Shown here: in pieces, positions 35,015 to 35,270 of the stretch
Numbering within the stretch: position 1 is the first letter of the stretch
How the letters are laid out: the number at the start of each line of letters is the position of its first letter
Assembly: GCA_038878295.1 (NCBI GenBank)
Contig: JAVZVY010000005.1
Location: 1-35,270, forward strand
DNA: 35,270 nucleotides
DNA from: Candidatus Micrarchaeaceae archaeon
Lineage (GTDB): Archaea; Micrarchaeota; Micrarchaeia; Micrarchaeales; CABMGC01
Direction: 5' to 3'
Translations under genes and position numbers: made by a program
The notes under the pieces: generated by a model
Told to the model about the DNA's origin: nothing
Databases searched by the model: none
What the model saw: only the letters and a program-made list of their open reading frames with translations

Positions 35015-35270
35015 ATGGTAAAGCAATATGACTATATGAAATTCGCCAAATATTATGATATTATCAAATTGGAAAAGGAAGCTACATAAGAGCAAAAACA
35101 GATTTTTGAAATCAATCCTCACATGGTATAAAGCGAGAAGCATTCTCGATTTGACGGCAGGCACAGGAGCACAAGCATTATTTCTCGCAAAATACTTTGA
35201 TGTTACGGCCAACGACATAAATAAAGCAGTGCTAAACATAGCAAAAAGAAAAGCGAAGGCGCAGCACATT
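35015..35270 (+). pseudogene. class I SAM-dependent methyltransferase, apparently frameshifted, truncated by window end
   Basis: Frame from ATG 35015 gives MVKQYDYMKFAKYYDII..., stop at 35087-35089. The +1 frame gives ...ILDLTAGTG..ALFLAKYFDVTANDIN (SAM motifs I and II). Confidence 0.6.

Noticed and set aside
34979..35269. 96-aa minus-strand ORF at window end
   Set aside because: Antisense to the recognisable + strand methyltransferase frame.
1..35270. CRISPR arrays, rRNA, SRP/RNase P RNA, transposases or integrases
   Set aside because: No regularly spaced repeats or diagnostic motifs were seen by eye.

Overview
A very densely packed archaeal chromosomal window. The gene content, the TATA-type promoters, the GGTG-type ribosome-binding sites and the BHB-type tRNA introns (one at a non-canonical site) suggest a small-genome DPANN archaeon such as a Micrarchaeota; this placement is an inference. 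It holds about 34 CDSs and five tRNA genes: Gly-TCC, Gly-GCC, Phe-GAA, Leu-CAA (12-nt T-loop intron) and Ala-CGC (35-nt canonical intron). Recognisable genes include an HMG-CoA synthase with a large insertion, Hef-like helicase, NhaP antiporter, M1 aminopeptidase, argS, nnr, AMMECR1, dinB, trxB, a beta-CASP nuclease, a membrane-anchored PLD, carbamate kinase, trm1, AK6, cca, two phosphoesterases and a 2-oxoacid dehydrogenase operon. The main leads are: (1) an E3 subunit with an NADP-type fingerprint, in an operon with an inserted HAD phosphatase and a downstream FNR-like reductase; (2) a beta-CASP / membrane-PLD / coiled-coil three-gene unit; (3) an AbrB-wHTH regulator that appears to start at an ATA codon upstream of AMMECR1 and dinB; (4) unusual tRNAs; (5) a C39-like protein lacking its catalytic Cys. 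No CRISPR array, rRNA, transposase or integrase was seen. All family assignments are from motif recognition by eye; no searches were run.
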